In this document: in pieces, positions 18,501 to 29,879 of the stretch
Numbering within the stretch: the stretch's first letter is position 1
Layout: each line of letters begins with the position of its first letter
DNA from: Candidatus Eiseniibacteriota bacterium
Lineage (GTDB): Bacteria > Eisenbacteria > RBG-16-71-46
Reading direction: 5' to 3'
Length of the DNA stretch: 64,000 nt
Assembly: GCA_963717505.1 (NCBI GenBank)
Contig: OY970342.1
Coordinates: 3,360,001-3,424,000, forward strand
Made by a program: the position numbers and the translations under genes
The notes under the pieces: model-generated
Seen by the model: the letters and a program-made list of their open reading frames with translations, nothing else
Told to the model about the DNA's origin: nothing
Databases searched by the model: none

Positions 18501-21500
18501 GGCCGAGCGTGTTGGCCGCGAGGAACGTGGGCGCGGCTCGCAGCGTGGCGTCGGTCCACAGGACGTGCGACGCGAGGCGTTCGTAGAGCTGCGCTTCGTC
18601 CGTCGAGATTCCGAGGTGGCGGAGCCGCATCTGGGTCTGGCTGGTGGCGAGCGCGAAGGCGCGAGCGGCCGCGGTGGAGTCGTCGTACTTCTCGGCCAGC
18701 GCGATCGCCGCAGCCCGGCTCGTCGCGACGCCGGTCGCAAACGCGAGACGCACGCGCCCGCCGGGGGCGATGCGCACGCGCCGGCGCAGGCTCAGGACCG
18801 GGTCCAGTACGGCGCCCGTCGTGCCCGACAGCGCCCTGCCGTCGAGCGCAACGGGATCCTCGGGCGTGCGTCCTCGGCCGATGAAACGCGCGCGGTCGGT
18901 CTCCCACTCCATGGCGCCATGGACACCGCCTTCGGCGCTCATCACGTGTATGGCCCAGGGGGTCAGTTCGTCGGGCGATCGTGGGCGGCGGCCGCACAGC
19001 AGCGCCGTGCATTCGGGGCGGTACTCGGTTTCGAGGAATAGCTTGAGGAACGCCGGATGAGCGAGATCCTCGGCATGCGGTGCGAGCACGATCTCGACCA
19101 GACTCGTCACCTCGATCTCGCGCAACTGATCGGTGTGGTTGATGAGCGAGACGCGCCGGACCTCGACATCGTCCTCGGGAGAGACCGTGATCTCGAAGCC
19201 GGGTCTCGATGCCGTCGTCCGTGCGCTCGAACAGGGCCTCGTCGGGAAGGAAGGTCACCCGGTAGCGCTCCGACTCGCGGCAGACCGGCTGGTGTGCCGC
19301 CGACCACAGTTGCCCGCTCCGCACATCGCGCAGATAGATGAACTGGCTGCCCGGATCGCACGTGGCGTCGTCCCGATGGCGCGTGACCGCCTGCCCTCGC
19401 CACGAGCTGGTACCACCGCCGGCGTTGGTGACGATCGCGGTGTATTGGCCGTTCGACAGGAAATGAGTGCTGGGGTAGAGCGTGTGCGGCGATCGGAACC
19501 GGCGCGGAGACGCCGCGACCGCCGGAGGTTCGACGTACGTGGTCGACTCGGCGGGACGCGGCCGGATGACCGGGACGAAGCGTGGGACGCGCTCCTGCAA
19601 CAGCGGCTCGGTGGCCCGCACGCGAGGATCGGCGTGGAAGCGCCGAACCATGGGAGCGCCCAGCACGGCGTTCGTCAGCGCGACCAGGCTCATGCCTTGA
19701 TGATGGGCGAAGAAGGCGGACACCTCGTGAACCCGACCCGGTTCGGGCACCGGCTCACCTTCGGACGTCGTGGACTTGCGCGGCGTGTAGTCCAGCGCCT
19801 CCATGAATCCAAACCGTCCTGCAGCCCCCTCGCGGGCGAGGCGGCGGAGGTTGGCGGCCGCGGCGGTGGGATCGACCAGCGCGGCCAGGGCCGTCGCATA
19901 GGGTGCGATCACGAGATCCTCGGCCAACCCGCGCTTGAGTCCCAGGCCGGGAACACCGAAAGCCTTGTACTGATAGGCGCCATGGAGGTCCACGACGTGG
20001 TAGGCGGACTCCGATATGCCCCAGGGCACGCGGTGGCGCTTCCCGTACAGGATCTGCGCGCGCACCGCCGTGCGGCAGGCGTTCTCGAGCAAGGTGTCGG
20101 GATGGCTGCGCAGGATCAGCAGGGGCATCAGGTACTCGAACATCGAGCCGCTCCACGACACCAGCGTGGTGAACCCCTCGACGCTCACCAGGGCCCGCGA
20201 CAGCCGGAACCAGTGCTCCTGCGGCACGTCGCCGCGGGCGATGGCGATGAAGCTCGCGAGCCGGGCCTCGGACGCCAGCAGATCGTAGTACGAGGCATCG
20301 AGGCGCCCGGGCCCTTCGGCGTCGGCCAGACGGAAGCCAATCGAGAACACGCCGCGTGCTCGATCGTAGAGGAACTTCCAATCCATCTCGTCGGCGAGAT
20401 CGTCGCAACGGCGGGCAAGGTCGTGAAGTCTCGCGCGCAATGCTTCGGGTTGGGACGGTCCGGGTAACGGGATCAGGGCCTCATCGAGTAATCGCCCCCA
20501 CACACTAACCCCCTCGGCCTCGGGACTCGCGGGCGCGGCCGTCGTGATCTGTTCGAGGGTATCGCGCAACTCGCCGGCGCGAGCTCCGGCGGTCTCCAGC
20601 CGCATGTGCCCCGGGCCGCGAGCGTCGAGCGTCGCGCGCAAAGCGTCCAGCTCCAGCAGCGCGTGCCTGCAGTTCAAGCGGATCGGCATCGCCGCGTGCG
20701 ACCAGCGCTCGAGTGCGGCCAGCGCCTCGGCCAGCACGCCCGCCGTATCGGAGGCGCCGTCGCATGCTCGCTCGCCGTCATCCTCGCTGTCTGCGACTTC
20801 ACGCAGCCCAACGGACAACGCCATCAGCGCGCCGGCCAGATTGCCGCTGTCCACCGTCGAGACGTAACGGGGCGCAAGCGGGGCGAGGTTCTCCGTGTCG
20901 TACCAGTTGAGCAGATGCCCATTGTGACGCTCCAGTGCCTCGACGGATGTGAGCGTGCTGTCGATCCGATCCGCCAACTGGGCGCGGCCCAGGTATCCCA
21001 GGTCGTGTGCGGCGAGGGTCGAGAGCAGCCCCATGCCGATGTTGGTCGGGGAGGTCCGGTGCGCGATGCGGAGCTCCGGCGTGAGCTGGACGTTGTCGGG
21101 CGGCAGCCAGTGGTCCTTGCCGCCGACGAAACTGTCGAAGTAATGCCAGGTCCGGCGTGCGATGCGGCGCAGCATTGACGCGTCTCCGCTGCTCAGGACC
21201 AGTCGCCGCGGGACGACGGGCCGGCTCAGCCACCAGGCCACGACCGGCGAGGCGAGCCAGGCGGCCAGGAACGGCAACGCCACCGGTAGCGCCGCGGCGC
21301 GCAGCGGTAACACTCCGAGAAGCACCACCAGAGCCGCCGCCGGACCCGCCCACATCTCGGCGACGAACACGCGCGGTCCCTGACGCGCGAGCAACCCGGC
21401 CGCACGCGCTGCCGAGGCCGCGGCGGTCTCCCACTCGAGCAGCCGGCGCTGGGTGATCACCATCCGAACCAGCGTCAGGACGATCGCGTGCACCATTTCG

Positions 21501-24283
21501 TAGGCGTGGCTCGCGAGCAGGGTGATCTGGAGCAGCACCTGGGCGCCTGCCGTCTTCAGCTCCGCCCACACGTCGTGCAGGTACACTCCCACCGGCTGTT
21601 GCGGGCGCGGTCCCCGCGCCAGGTGCACCAAGGGCGGAAGCAGCGGGAAGCCGATCACAGCCAGCACCGACAAGGTCCAGCCGAGTGGGGAGCCCGGGAG
21701 CCAGGTCCATGCCGAGACCAGCAGTGCCAGCAACGCCGGCGCCACGAGGCTACGGCGCAGGTTGTCGAGGATCTTCCAACGACTGATGAGCGGCAGGCGG
21801 CTGCGTTCCACGCCGTGGCGCGTCGGCAACAGTGGCAGAAGGTGGAGCAGGATCTGCCAGTCACCGCGCACCCACCGATGCTGGCGCCGCGAATGAGCCA
21901 GCACGCTCGATGGGAAGTCGTCCACGATCTCGACGTCCGACACCAGCGCGCAGCGCGCGAACAGCCCTTCGAACAGATCGTGCGAGAGCATCGCGTTCTC
22001 CGCGACGCGGCCCTCCAGCGCGGCGGTGAAAGCGTCGACGTCGTAGAGACCCTTGCCGGTGAAGATGCCTTCGCCGAACAGGTCCTGGTACGTGTCGGAC
22101 ACCGCGGTCGTGTAGGGATCGACCCCGGTGTGGCCGGAGTACGCCTGGGCGAACAGCGAGCCGGCGGCGCTCGCCATGGTGACGCTGACCCGCGGCTGAA
22201 GGATCCCGTAGCCCTCGACGACCCGCCGCAGCTTGGGGTCGAAGCGTGGGCGGTTGAGCGGATGCTCGCTCACGCCAATCAGTCGCCGCGCGACGTCACG
22301 GGGGAGTCGAGTGTCGCTGTCGAGCGTTATGCAATAGCGAATCTGCGGCAGAATCTCCGGAGCGCCGACCTGGACGGCGAACTCGCTGGCCGCGCCCCGC
22401 AACAGACGGTTGAACTGCTCGATCTTGCCGCGCTTGCGCTCCCAGCCCATCCACACGCCTTCTCCCGCGTTCCATTGGCGTGCGCGGTGGAACAGGTAGA
22501 ACCGGTCCGCCGTGCCGGGTGCGTAGCGCGCGTTGAGCGTTTCGACCCCGGCGACCATGGCGGCGAGCAGTTCGTCCTCCGCCGGGAGGTGCTCGGCGTC
22601 CGCGTCCGGGAAATCCGTGATCAACGCAAAGTGGATCCGTGGGTCCATGTTGCCGAGGGCGTGCACCTCGAGCCGCTCCATCAGTGTCCGAGCGCCTTCG
22701 ATCGACGAGACGATCGTGGGCACGATCACCATGGTGCGTGCCGACTCGGGGACGCCGCCGCGCAGGTCTAGTCGCGGCAACAACCTCGGCTTGGCGAGCC
22801 GGTGGACGACCCGGTGCATGAGCGCCGTCGCGAACTCACTCGCGGGAATGACCGCGAGTGCCCCCGCCCAGAATCCCATCCATAGCGGTGCTGCCGCCGC
22901 CGCCGCCGTTGCCAGGGCCGCCGCCACCCCAAGCCCCGTGACCAACGCAAGCGCACCGAGGTAGATGGGCGTGGCGTATTCGAAGACCATTTCCCCCAGG
23001 CGTCGTCTGAACGGAGGGTGGTGAGCCACGTCGTACTCGAGATCGCGACGACCGCCACCGATCAAGTGGTAGCCGACGTGCGCCGCCCTCGAATCGGCGC
23101 CGAGTTTCTCGGCCGCCTGGCGAGCGCTCTCGATTGCGCGCAGCGCCACCCTGACCTGCGCCTCACCGGTCGGATCCGACAGCGCCTCGACCGCGTGCCG
23201 GTAGCGATCACGACCGGCGAACTCCATGCGGCCATAGACGCCGGGAGGGTCGCGTTGGAGGATCTGCTCGATCAGACTGACGACCTCGACGTACTCGTTC
23301 CAGTCGAGTGTCGAGCACAACCGCAGGCTGGTGATGGAATTGCCCATCGAGACGTGGTTCATCGCCTGCCGCTGATGCCCGGCGCGCACGGCGTCCTCGA
23401 CTGTGGTGCCCGACGCGTCCAGGCGCTCCTCGAGCTGCCTGCGGAGCCGGGCCGCGCCGGCTCCGTGCTCACGCATGCGCTGCAACAGATGATCGACGAA
23501 CGCGACGTGGAGGACGTGAGGGAGCCGCGGGAGGCGGCCGTTGGGCTGCGCGGTCTCGAACTCGACGAACAATCGGTCGGCGTCGACGCGCCCGGCGCGG
23601 CTCTCGATCAATTCCTCGGACAACCGCCGCACGTGCTCGATCAGAGCGAACTTGAGCATGCTCGGCCACGCCCACAGCTCGCCGATGCTGAGCGGCGCGA
23701 CCGTCTGAAAGGCGACCATGAACCGTTGCAGTCGCTTGGAGTCGAGGCGCGCGTCGCTGTAGCGGAGCAGCTCCACGGCCATGGCGTAGACGCGCGCCGT
23801 GCCGGCGAGCTCGCGGGTCGCCAGCTTCGGAAGCTCGCGGTAATAGCGAGTCGGAAGGTGGTGCCAGATCTCGCGCATCTCCGCTTCGATCAGGTGAAAG
23901 TTGTCGAGCAGCCATTCGGCGGCGGGCGGGATCGGCTCGCCACGCCGCACGTCACCGGCGAAGAGTCCATACGCGCGACGGAGCACGCGGGCGTGATCCG
24001 CCAGGCGGCGCAGCAACCGGGGTGGGCCTCGCCGCGGGTTGCGCGACAGCGTGAATTGGGCGGCCAGCGCCCGGGCGCGTTCTTCGAGGCGCTCGACGCC
24101 CAGGAGCTCGCCGTGCAGGGGGCTGGTATCGAGGCCAATCACCGGGGGGCGCGCCTCGCCCGACGGATTCGCAGGGGACGAGGTGATTCGTCGTTTCGGC
24201 GGCAGCTTGAGTCCTTTCGGACTGGAGGCTCGTGGCCCGAGCCGGCAGACGACGCAGTGTAGCAGGGATGGGACGTACGACAT
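15557..24283 (-). CDS. ndvB: Cyclic beta-1,2-glucan synthase (GT84 + GH94 phosphorylase, Cgs/NdvB/ChvB), ~2,900 aa, interrupted by three frameshifts
   Basis: [55 protein letters not shown] and ENGGQYTH motifs across ORFs 18452-24283, 18031-19125, 18063-18740 and 15557-18247. +1 shifts near 19197, 18460 and 18290. Exact start uncertain. Confidence 0.9.
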
Positions 24284-24379
24284 CGCCGCCGGTCATCCGA
24301 TCCGACGCGCTGGATCCAAAGGAGCGCCAATAGCTGGACCCGCCGCTATGATGACGCGGGACCACCGAATCGAGGCTCG

Positions 24380-25204
24380 ATGAGCACCACACTCCCTGTC
24401 GGATACTGTTTCCAGTCCACGCTCCGAAGCCGCGAGGTGGCAGGGCTACGCCTACTCGAGTCCCGCTATCACCCGGACCAGCGCTCGGCCCCGCATGTGC
24501 ACGCGGCCGCCAGTTTCTGCCTGGTGCTTCAGGGCGGATTTGCGCACACGCATCGTGGCGAGACGCTCTCCTGTGAACCCAGGAACCTGCTGTTCTACCG
24601 GCCGGGGGAGCCGCACGCCGAAAGTTTTCGGGCCGAGGGCGCCAGTTGTTTCATCATCGAGCTCTCCGCCTCGTGGCTGGCTCGCCTATCGGAGCTCGAC
24701 CGCGGCGAGTGTCGCTCCGCATCGCTGGTGCCGGGTCCTGCCTCGAACCTCGCCTGGCGCGTCTATCAGGAGCTGCGTGAGCCGGATCCGTTCGCCCCAT
24801 TGATCATCGAGGGCCTCACGCTGGAGCTTCTGGGTGAGGTTTTGCGCCACTCCACTTCCTCGCGACCCCGTACGCGGAAACCGACCGACATGGATCGCGC
24901 CCGCAAGCTGATCGATGGCGCGGCCCCAGGTTCGATCACCCTCACGACGGTGGCCGCGGCGCTGGGCATGCACCCGGTCCACGTGGCCTACGCGTTCCGA
25001 CGCGCCCATGGTTGCTCGGTCGGACAGTACGCGCGCCGGCTCAGGCTCGAGCAGGCCTGTCGGCGACTCGCGACCTCGCGCGCACCTCTCGGCGAGATCG
25101 CGACCGACTCGGGCTTCTACGACCAGAGTCACATGACCCGCGAGTTCCGACGCGCCCTGCGCACCACTCCCGCTCGCTATCGTGCGGCGGTCAGAGGCCG
25201 ATAG
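24380..25204 (+). CDS. AraC-family transcriptional regulator with cupin N-domain
   Basis: PHVH cupin motif; C-terminal GFYDQSHMTREFRR...TPARYR. Confidence 0.92.
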   Translation: MSTTLPVGYCFQSTLRSREVAGLRLLESRYHPDQRSAPHVHAAASFCLVLQGGFAHTHRGETLSCEPRNLLFYRPGEPHAESFRAEGASCFIIELSASWLARLSELDRGECRSASLVPGPASNLAWRVYQELREPDPFAPLIIEGLTLELLGEVLRHSTSSRPRTRKPTDMDRARKLIDGAAPGSITLTTVAAALGMHPVHVAYAFRRAHGCSVGQYARRLRLEQACRRLATSRAPLGEIATDSGFYDQSHMTREFRRALRTTPARYRAAVRGR

Positions 25205-25292
25205 CCCGCGCTCGTCGTCGTCGACGGTGGGCCGTACCAGAACCTTTCGTCCGTCCAAGACTCGGGCGCCGCACTCCGCGTAGTGTCGCTCC

Positions 25293-26495
25293 ATGCGAAT
25301 GACCATCGCTCTGCTCTTGATGGCGGCCACCGCGCTCCTCGCGGCCGAAGCGAACGAGCCGCCCTCCGACGTCCGCTTCGAATTCGACGGCCACGTCGCG
25401 CGCATCCCGATCGACACCCGCATCGCCCACATCTACTTCCGCGGGCACCTCAACGACTCGAGCGCCGTGTGGCTCACCCTCGATACCGGGGCGTATGCGA
25501 ACGTGATCGACGAGGAATACGCGCGCGCCCTGGGCGTCCCGTTGCTCGAGGGACAGCGCCTCTTCGGGGCGAACGGGTCCACCGAATCCGCCACCGTGCG
25601 TGGGCTGAGCATCGACCTTCCCGGAGTCCGCATGGAGAACCAATCGTTCACCACGACGCCGCTCCAGTTCTTGTCCCCGCCGACCGGGCTCGATGTGAAG
25701 GCGATCCTGGGTTACGACGTCTTCACTCGCTTCATCGTCGAGATCGACTACGCGGGCGGAGAGATGCGTCTCCACGACCCCGACCACTACCGGTATCGGG
25801 GGAAGGGCGCCAGCGTTCCCATCACGCTGCGCGAGAACCATCCCTACGTGCGAGCCAAGATCAAGATGCCGAATGGTTCCATGGTCGAGGGTGAGTTCGT
25901 GATCGACGCCGGGAGCGGGGCCACCTTGATGCTGGCGGCCGATTTCGCGGCCGCCCATGGCCTGCCCGAGAGTCTCGAGCACAAACTCCAGGGCCGCGGT
26001 GCGGGCGTCGGAGGCGAGTTGAAGACGCAGGCGGCGCGGCTCCCCGGTCTGCGCCTTGGCCCTTACCAGCTGGACGACCCCGTGGTGTTCTTCCCGGCCG
26101 CCGAGATCACCGCGCCTGGCACAGCGGGCAACATCGGGGGTGGGCTGCTACGCCGCTTCGTGGTGACCTTCGACTATCGGCGGATGCGCATGATCCTCGA
26201 GCCCAACGCCGCCTTCACGGAAAAGGAGGAGGTCGACATGAGCGGGCTCGCCCTGTCCGCCGCCGGCCCGGAGTGGACCATGGTCCGCGTCGATCGCGTC
26301 CGCCCCAAGTCACCCGGCGATGAAGCGGGCGTCAAGCCCGGTGACATCCTCGAGCTCATCGATGATCGTCCCGCCACAACACTCGGCCTCGATTCGCTCC
26401 AGACTTTGTTCCGCCGGGAGCGGTCGTACGACCTCGTCGTACGCCGGGACGATCGCCGCGTGCCCGTGACGATCCGGACCCGCCGCCAGCTCTAA
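25293..26495 (+). CDS. Exported two-domain aspartyl protease with C-terminal PDZ
   Basis: Signal peptide; LDTGA...ILGYD; IDAGS...NIGGG; PDZ motif SPGDEAGVKPGD. Confidence 0.88.
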   Translation: MRMTIALLLMAATALLAAEANEPPSDVRFEFDGHVARIPIDTRIAHIYFRGHLNDSSAVWLTLDTGAYANVIDEEYARALGVPLLEGQRLFGANGSTESATVRGLSIDLPGVRMENQSFTTTPLQFLSPPTGLDVKAILGYDVFTRFIVEIDYAGGEMRLHDPDHYRYRGKGASVPITLRENHPYVRAKIKMPNGSMVEGEFVIDAGSGATLMLAADFAAAHGLPESLEHKLQGRGAGVGGELKTQAARLPGLRLGPYQLDDPVVFFPAAEITAPGTAGNIGGGLLRRFVVTFDYRRMRMILEPNAAFTEKEEVDMSGLALSAAGPEWTMVRVDRVRPKSPGDEAGVKPGDILELIDDRPATTLGLDSLQTLFRRERSYDLVVRRDDRRVPVTIRTRRQL

Positions 26496-26543
26496 GGGGA
26501 GCGCTCCCGGTCGGCTCCCGAGTGGCGTGTACTATGTGCGCGT

Positions 26544-27209
26544 ATGCCGGAACTGACGAAGCGTTTGGCGTGGGTCGCGGCGTACGCCGTGGCCATGGCC
26601 CTCGTGGAAGCGGCGGTGGTGGTCTACCTGCGGGCACTCGTGCCCGCGGAGGGACCGCTCGCAGCGCTGCAGACGGGGCTGCCGCAGCGAATCATCGTCA
26701 TCGAGGTGGTCCGCGAGGCGGCGACGATCGTGATGCTGTTGGCGGTAGCGCTCCTGGCGGGCCACGGCTCGTGGCAGCGGTTCCTCTACTTCGCCCTGAT
26801 GTTCGGCATATGGGACATCTTCTACTACGTGTGGCTCCGGGTCTTCATCGGCTGGCCCGAATCTCTGCTCACGTGGGACGTCTTGTTCCTCATTCCGGTG
26901 CCCTGGATCTCGCCCGTCCTGGCGCCGATCCTGGTGAGCGTCGGACTGGTAACGGGCGCGCTCTGGCTGCTCGTTCGGCAGTCCCGGGACCCGTCGGCCA
27001 ATGGCCTCCGCCCGTACGCGTGGATCATCTCGGCGGCGGGCGCGACGCTGATCCTGCTGTCGTTCACGCTCGGTGCGCGTGCGGTGCTGACCGAGGGCGC
27101 ACCACCCGACTTCCGCTGGGGCCTCTTCGCAACCGGCATGGCCATGGGCGTCGCCGCGCTCGTGACCAGCGTGCGCAAGCCCACGCCGGTGAAGACCGAC
27201 AGGCATTGA
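26544..27209 (+). CDS. Multi-pass membrane protein (hypothetical)
   Basis: About six TM segments; motifs EAAVVVYLR, REAAT, WDIFYY and WDVLFLIP. Confidence 0.8.
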   Translation: MPELTKRLAWVAAYAVAMALVEAAVVVYLRALVPAEGPLAALQTGLPQRIIVIEVVREAATIVMLLAVALLAGHGSWQRFLYFALMFGIWDIFYYVWLRVFIGWPESLLTWDVLFLIPVPWISPVLAPILVSVGLVTGALWLLVRQSRDPSANGLRPYAWIISAAGATLILLSFTLGARAVLTEGAPPDFRWGLFATGMAMGVAALVTSVRKPTPVKTDRH

Positions 27210-27265
27210 CACGGTCTCGTAGCCTTCGGATTGACCCTCATCGAGACCGAGCAACCCGCCAGTAG

Positions 27266-27306
27266 TGTCATGGACCCTTGACAGCCTGTCAACGTCGCTT
27301 TACAGT
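27266..27306 (+). promoter_or_regulatory. Sigma70 promoter overlapped by two tandem TGTCA-N8-T(G/T)ACA operators
   Basis: TTGACA (27278)-17 nt-TACAGT (27301); inverted repeats at 27266-27283 and 27287-27304. Confidence 0.75.
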
Positions 27307-27333
27307 CTCGTTCCTCGAGATTGGAGTGCGTGC

Positions 27334-27727
27334 GTGGAGAGGAAGAGTCCTTTTCGGTGTTTTGACCGACAATTCGTGATCGAGGCGGCCATCGTCTCCG
27401 CCGTCGTCATTGGGCTCGCTCTGGTCGGGAAGCGCTTCGAACCCGGTTCGCCAGCGCGGCTCGCGACGGCGATGCTCGAGATCTGCGGGATTCGCGTTTT
27501 TGATTGGCCGCACGCTGCTGGCGGTACGTAGGCTCGACGAGCTCCAGCAGCGCATCCACCTGATCGCGATCGCATTGTCGTTCGGACTGACGGCTGTCGT
27601 CGTGACGGGGGTCGAGTTCGTGAGCCGGGCCGGTGTGACAATCCCGCCGGCCGGGCTCTGGATCTGGGGACTGATGGCGGTGACCTGGGGTATCGGCGTG
27701 GCCGTCCTGGCCCGCCGCTACCGATGA
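27334..27727 (+). CDS. Four-TM membrane protein (partner of the XRE regulator), one frameshift
   Basis: GTG 27334 (SD GGAG); joins ORF 27265-27531 to 27410-27727 at a G-run near 27488; LDELQQRIHL motif. Confidence 0.65.
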
Positions 27728-27921
27728 AGAACCGGGTGAGCGACCTGAGGGCGCAGCGCGGGTGGTCGCAGGGCCAGCTGGGCGAACAGCTCGAGGTCTC
27801 GCGCCAGACGGTGAACGCGATCGAGACGGGCAAATACAACCCGAGTCTGCCGCTCGCGTTCCGCATCGCGCGGCTCTTCGGAAAGCGGATCGAGGAGATC
27901 TTCGATCCGGGGCGTGGCTGA
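27724..27921 (+). CDS. XRE-family HTH transcriptional regulator
   Basis: MKNRV..LR...GWSQ..L...VSRQTVNAIE.GKY.PSL.LAF. Confidence 0.95.
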   Translation: MKNRVSDLRAQRGWSQGQLGEQLEVSRQTVNAIETGKYNPSLPLAFRIARLFGKRIEEIFDPGRG

Positions 27922-27940
27922 TCGAAGGGAGGTCGATTGC

Positions 27941-28297
27941 ATGGAAGGCCCGAAAGCATTTCGCGATTCCGCCCGACGAAATCCGGCGACGAGTCGCGTC
28001 GTGATTCGCTATTGCAAGGTGTGACTCTCCGCGATTCCGTCCGCCCGTGTGGCGGCTCGGGTCCGGAGCGACCTCGGGATCGAGGTCGTTGAGGAATCTG
28101 GCGACTACGGGGAGTTCACCGTGCTCGTCGATGGACGACCCGTCCGGCGAGGGAACACGCTCGCCACCGTCTTCGCCTTATTGCCGCCGACCGAGGAGAT
28201 CGTCGCCCTGATCCGGGAACGGCTCCAGGACTCTACCGACCCGCCGCCGAAGGTGACCGGCGCGCGAAGCGGAACTCGGCTTCGAGCGCCGCGCTGA
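27941..28297 (+). CDS. Rdx (SelT/SelW/SelH)-family selenoprotein with CxxU motif
   Basis: SD GGGAGG, ATG 27941; ...VVIRY-C-K-V-[TGA 28022-28024]-LSAIPSARVAARV...GDYGEFTVLVDG...LPPTEEIV; in frame with ORF 28049-28297. Confidence 0.78.
28027..28068 (+). promoter_or_regulatory. Putative bacterial SECIS element
   Basis: Stem-loop right after the UGA: CTCC..CCG.CCGCC-cgtgt-GGCGG..CGG..GGAG; GU in the apical loop about 21 nt from the UGA. Confidence 0.6.
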
Positions 28298-29879
28298 CCT
28301 TGGCATCCCTGCCGTAGATGTCGCGGCGGAATTGGAGTTCGCCGGAGGCACGGACCCAGGCGGTCCAGTAGGTGAGGAGCACCGGAACGCGGGGCTTGAG
28401 CGTCACGGTACGGCTCTCGCCATCCGCGATGGTGCGGTCGATCGTCTTGCGGCTCCAATTGGATTGTCCGTCGAGCAGCAGCTCTGCGAGCTTCAGCGGA
28501 TCCTCGACGCGGATGCAGCCCGAACTGAACGCGCGGTCGTCCGAGTCGAACAGGTTCCGGCTCGGCGTGTCGTGCAGGTAGACGTTGTGCTCGTTCGGGA
28601 ACATGAACTTCACGCGGCCCAGCGCGTTGGTCGGGCCTGGATCCTGGCGGACGGTGTACGGGAACGAGCGCGCCGACCAGTCCACGTCCGCGGGCGACAC
28701 CTCGTTGCCGGATCGGTCGTAAACCTTGAGCCCCTTCCGCTCCAATGTGCCGCTGTCGCGACGCTGATCGGGAATGATGTCGTTTCTCAGGATGCCGGGC
28801 GGCACGGTCCACGTGGGATTGAACACCAGATAGGAAATCTCAGACCTGAACATCGGTGTCGCCCGGTAGGGCTTACCGACCTGCACCTTCGTATCCCATA
28901 CGATCGCACCGTCCCTGACGAACACCAGACGGTACCCGGCCACGTTGACGGCCACGAACGTCTCGCCGATGTCGTGCAGGAGCCAGCGACCTCGCTCCAG
29001 GTTGACGCGGATCTGCTCGATCCGTTGCTCGACCGGGACGTTGAGTTCTTCCAGCGTGCGCGCTCCCACGGCGCCATCCTCGGCAAGCCCGTGCCGGGCC
29101 TGGAACCGCCGAACCGCAGCCGCGAGCGCCTCGTCGTACACTTCCGACGCCTCGGAAGTCTCGGCGTCTGTGCTCGTCAGATCCTCGGTGGCCGCGAGGC
29201 GCGCGCGCAGCACCGGAACGCGCACGTCCGAGGCACCCGGCTTGAGCGGTGCGCCCGCGGGTACGCGCGGCCAGCCCCCGGCGTCACGGAGCGCGCGGTA
29301 GCGGGCCAGTGCGGCGCGCAGCCCGACATAGATCGGGTGCGTCGGCTTTTCGTTCTCGAGTCGCGCGGCCAGGTCGGGTGCAGCGAGCAGGTTCTCGATC
29401 TCGCGCACCGCGTCGAATCCCTGGATCACACGCTCGTAGTTCCAGTTGGGATCGAAGCTCGCGGGATCCACCTTGCCGAACAGGATGTGGTAGCCGAGAC
29501 GGATCAGCGCGTCGGTGCGGACCAGGTCCAGGCCGATCTCGTCTTCAGTCTTCGATCGCGCCGCCGCCTCGAGGACATCCCGGTGATAGTCCGACGGATC
29601 CAATCCGTCCCGCTCGGAATCCCGGATCGCCCGGAGCAGTGCTTCCGCCCGTGCGCGGTCGCTCCACGCCGGCCGGAAGTTGCGGCTCTCGTAGAACGCG
29701 GGCAGGAGGCTGGTCGCGGCAATCGTCTGGCCGAGCGCCTCGCGCGTGACGCCGGTCCGGATCTCCTCGACCCGCGCGCGAAACACCTCGACCTCCGACG
29801 CCTCGTCGGCGCGAGCCCGCGAGCCCGCGCCCGCGAGCCCCATGCTCGTAAGCAGCGCGATGGCGAGGAAAGTGCGCAT
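28233..29879 (-). CDS. ycbB: L,D-transpeptidase (YcbB/LdtD-like) with scaffold and PG-binding domains
   Basis: FQARHGL..DG.VG PG-binding domain; NALGRVKFMFPN, YLHDTP and FSSGCIRV catalytic motif; start at 29879 or 29894. Confidence 0.9.
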   Translation of the reverse strand: MRTFLAIALLTSMGLAGAGSRARADEASEVEVFRARVEEIRTGVTREALGQTIAATSLLPAFYESRNFRPAWSDRARAEALLRAIRDSERDGLDPSDYHRDVLEAAARSKTEDEIGLDLVRTDALIRLGYHILFGKVDPASFDPNWNYERVIQGFDAVREIENLLAAPDLAARLENEKPTHPIYVGLRAALARYRALRDAGGWPRVPAGAPLKPGASDVRVPVLRARLAATEDLTSTDAETSEASEVYDEALAAAVRRFQARHGLAEDGAVGARTLEELNVPVEQRIEQIRVNLERGRWLLHDIGETFVAVNVAGYRLVFVRDGAIVWDTKVQVGKPYRATPMFRSEISYLVFNPTWTVPPGILRNDIIPDQRRDSGTLERKGLKVYDRSGNEVSPADVDWSARSFPYTVRQDPGPTNALGRVKFMFPNEHNVYLHDTPSRNLFDSDDRAFSSGCIRVEDPLKLAELLLDGQSNWSRKTIDRTIADGESRTVTLKPRVPVLLTYWTAWVRASGELQFRRDIYGRDAKVSAALEAEFRFARRSPSAAGR

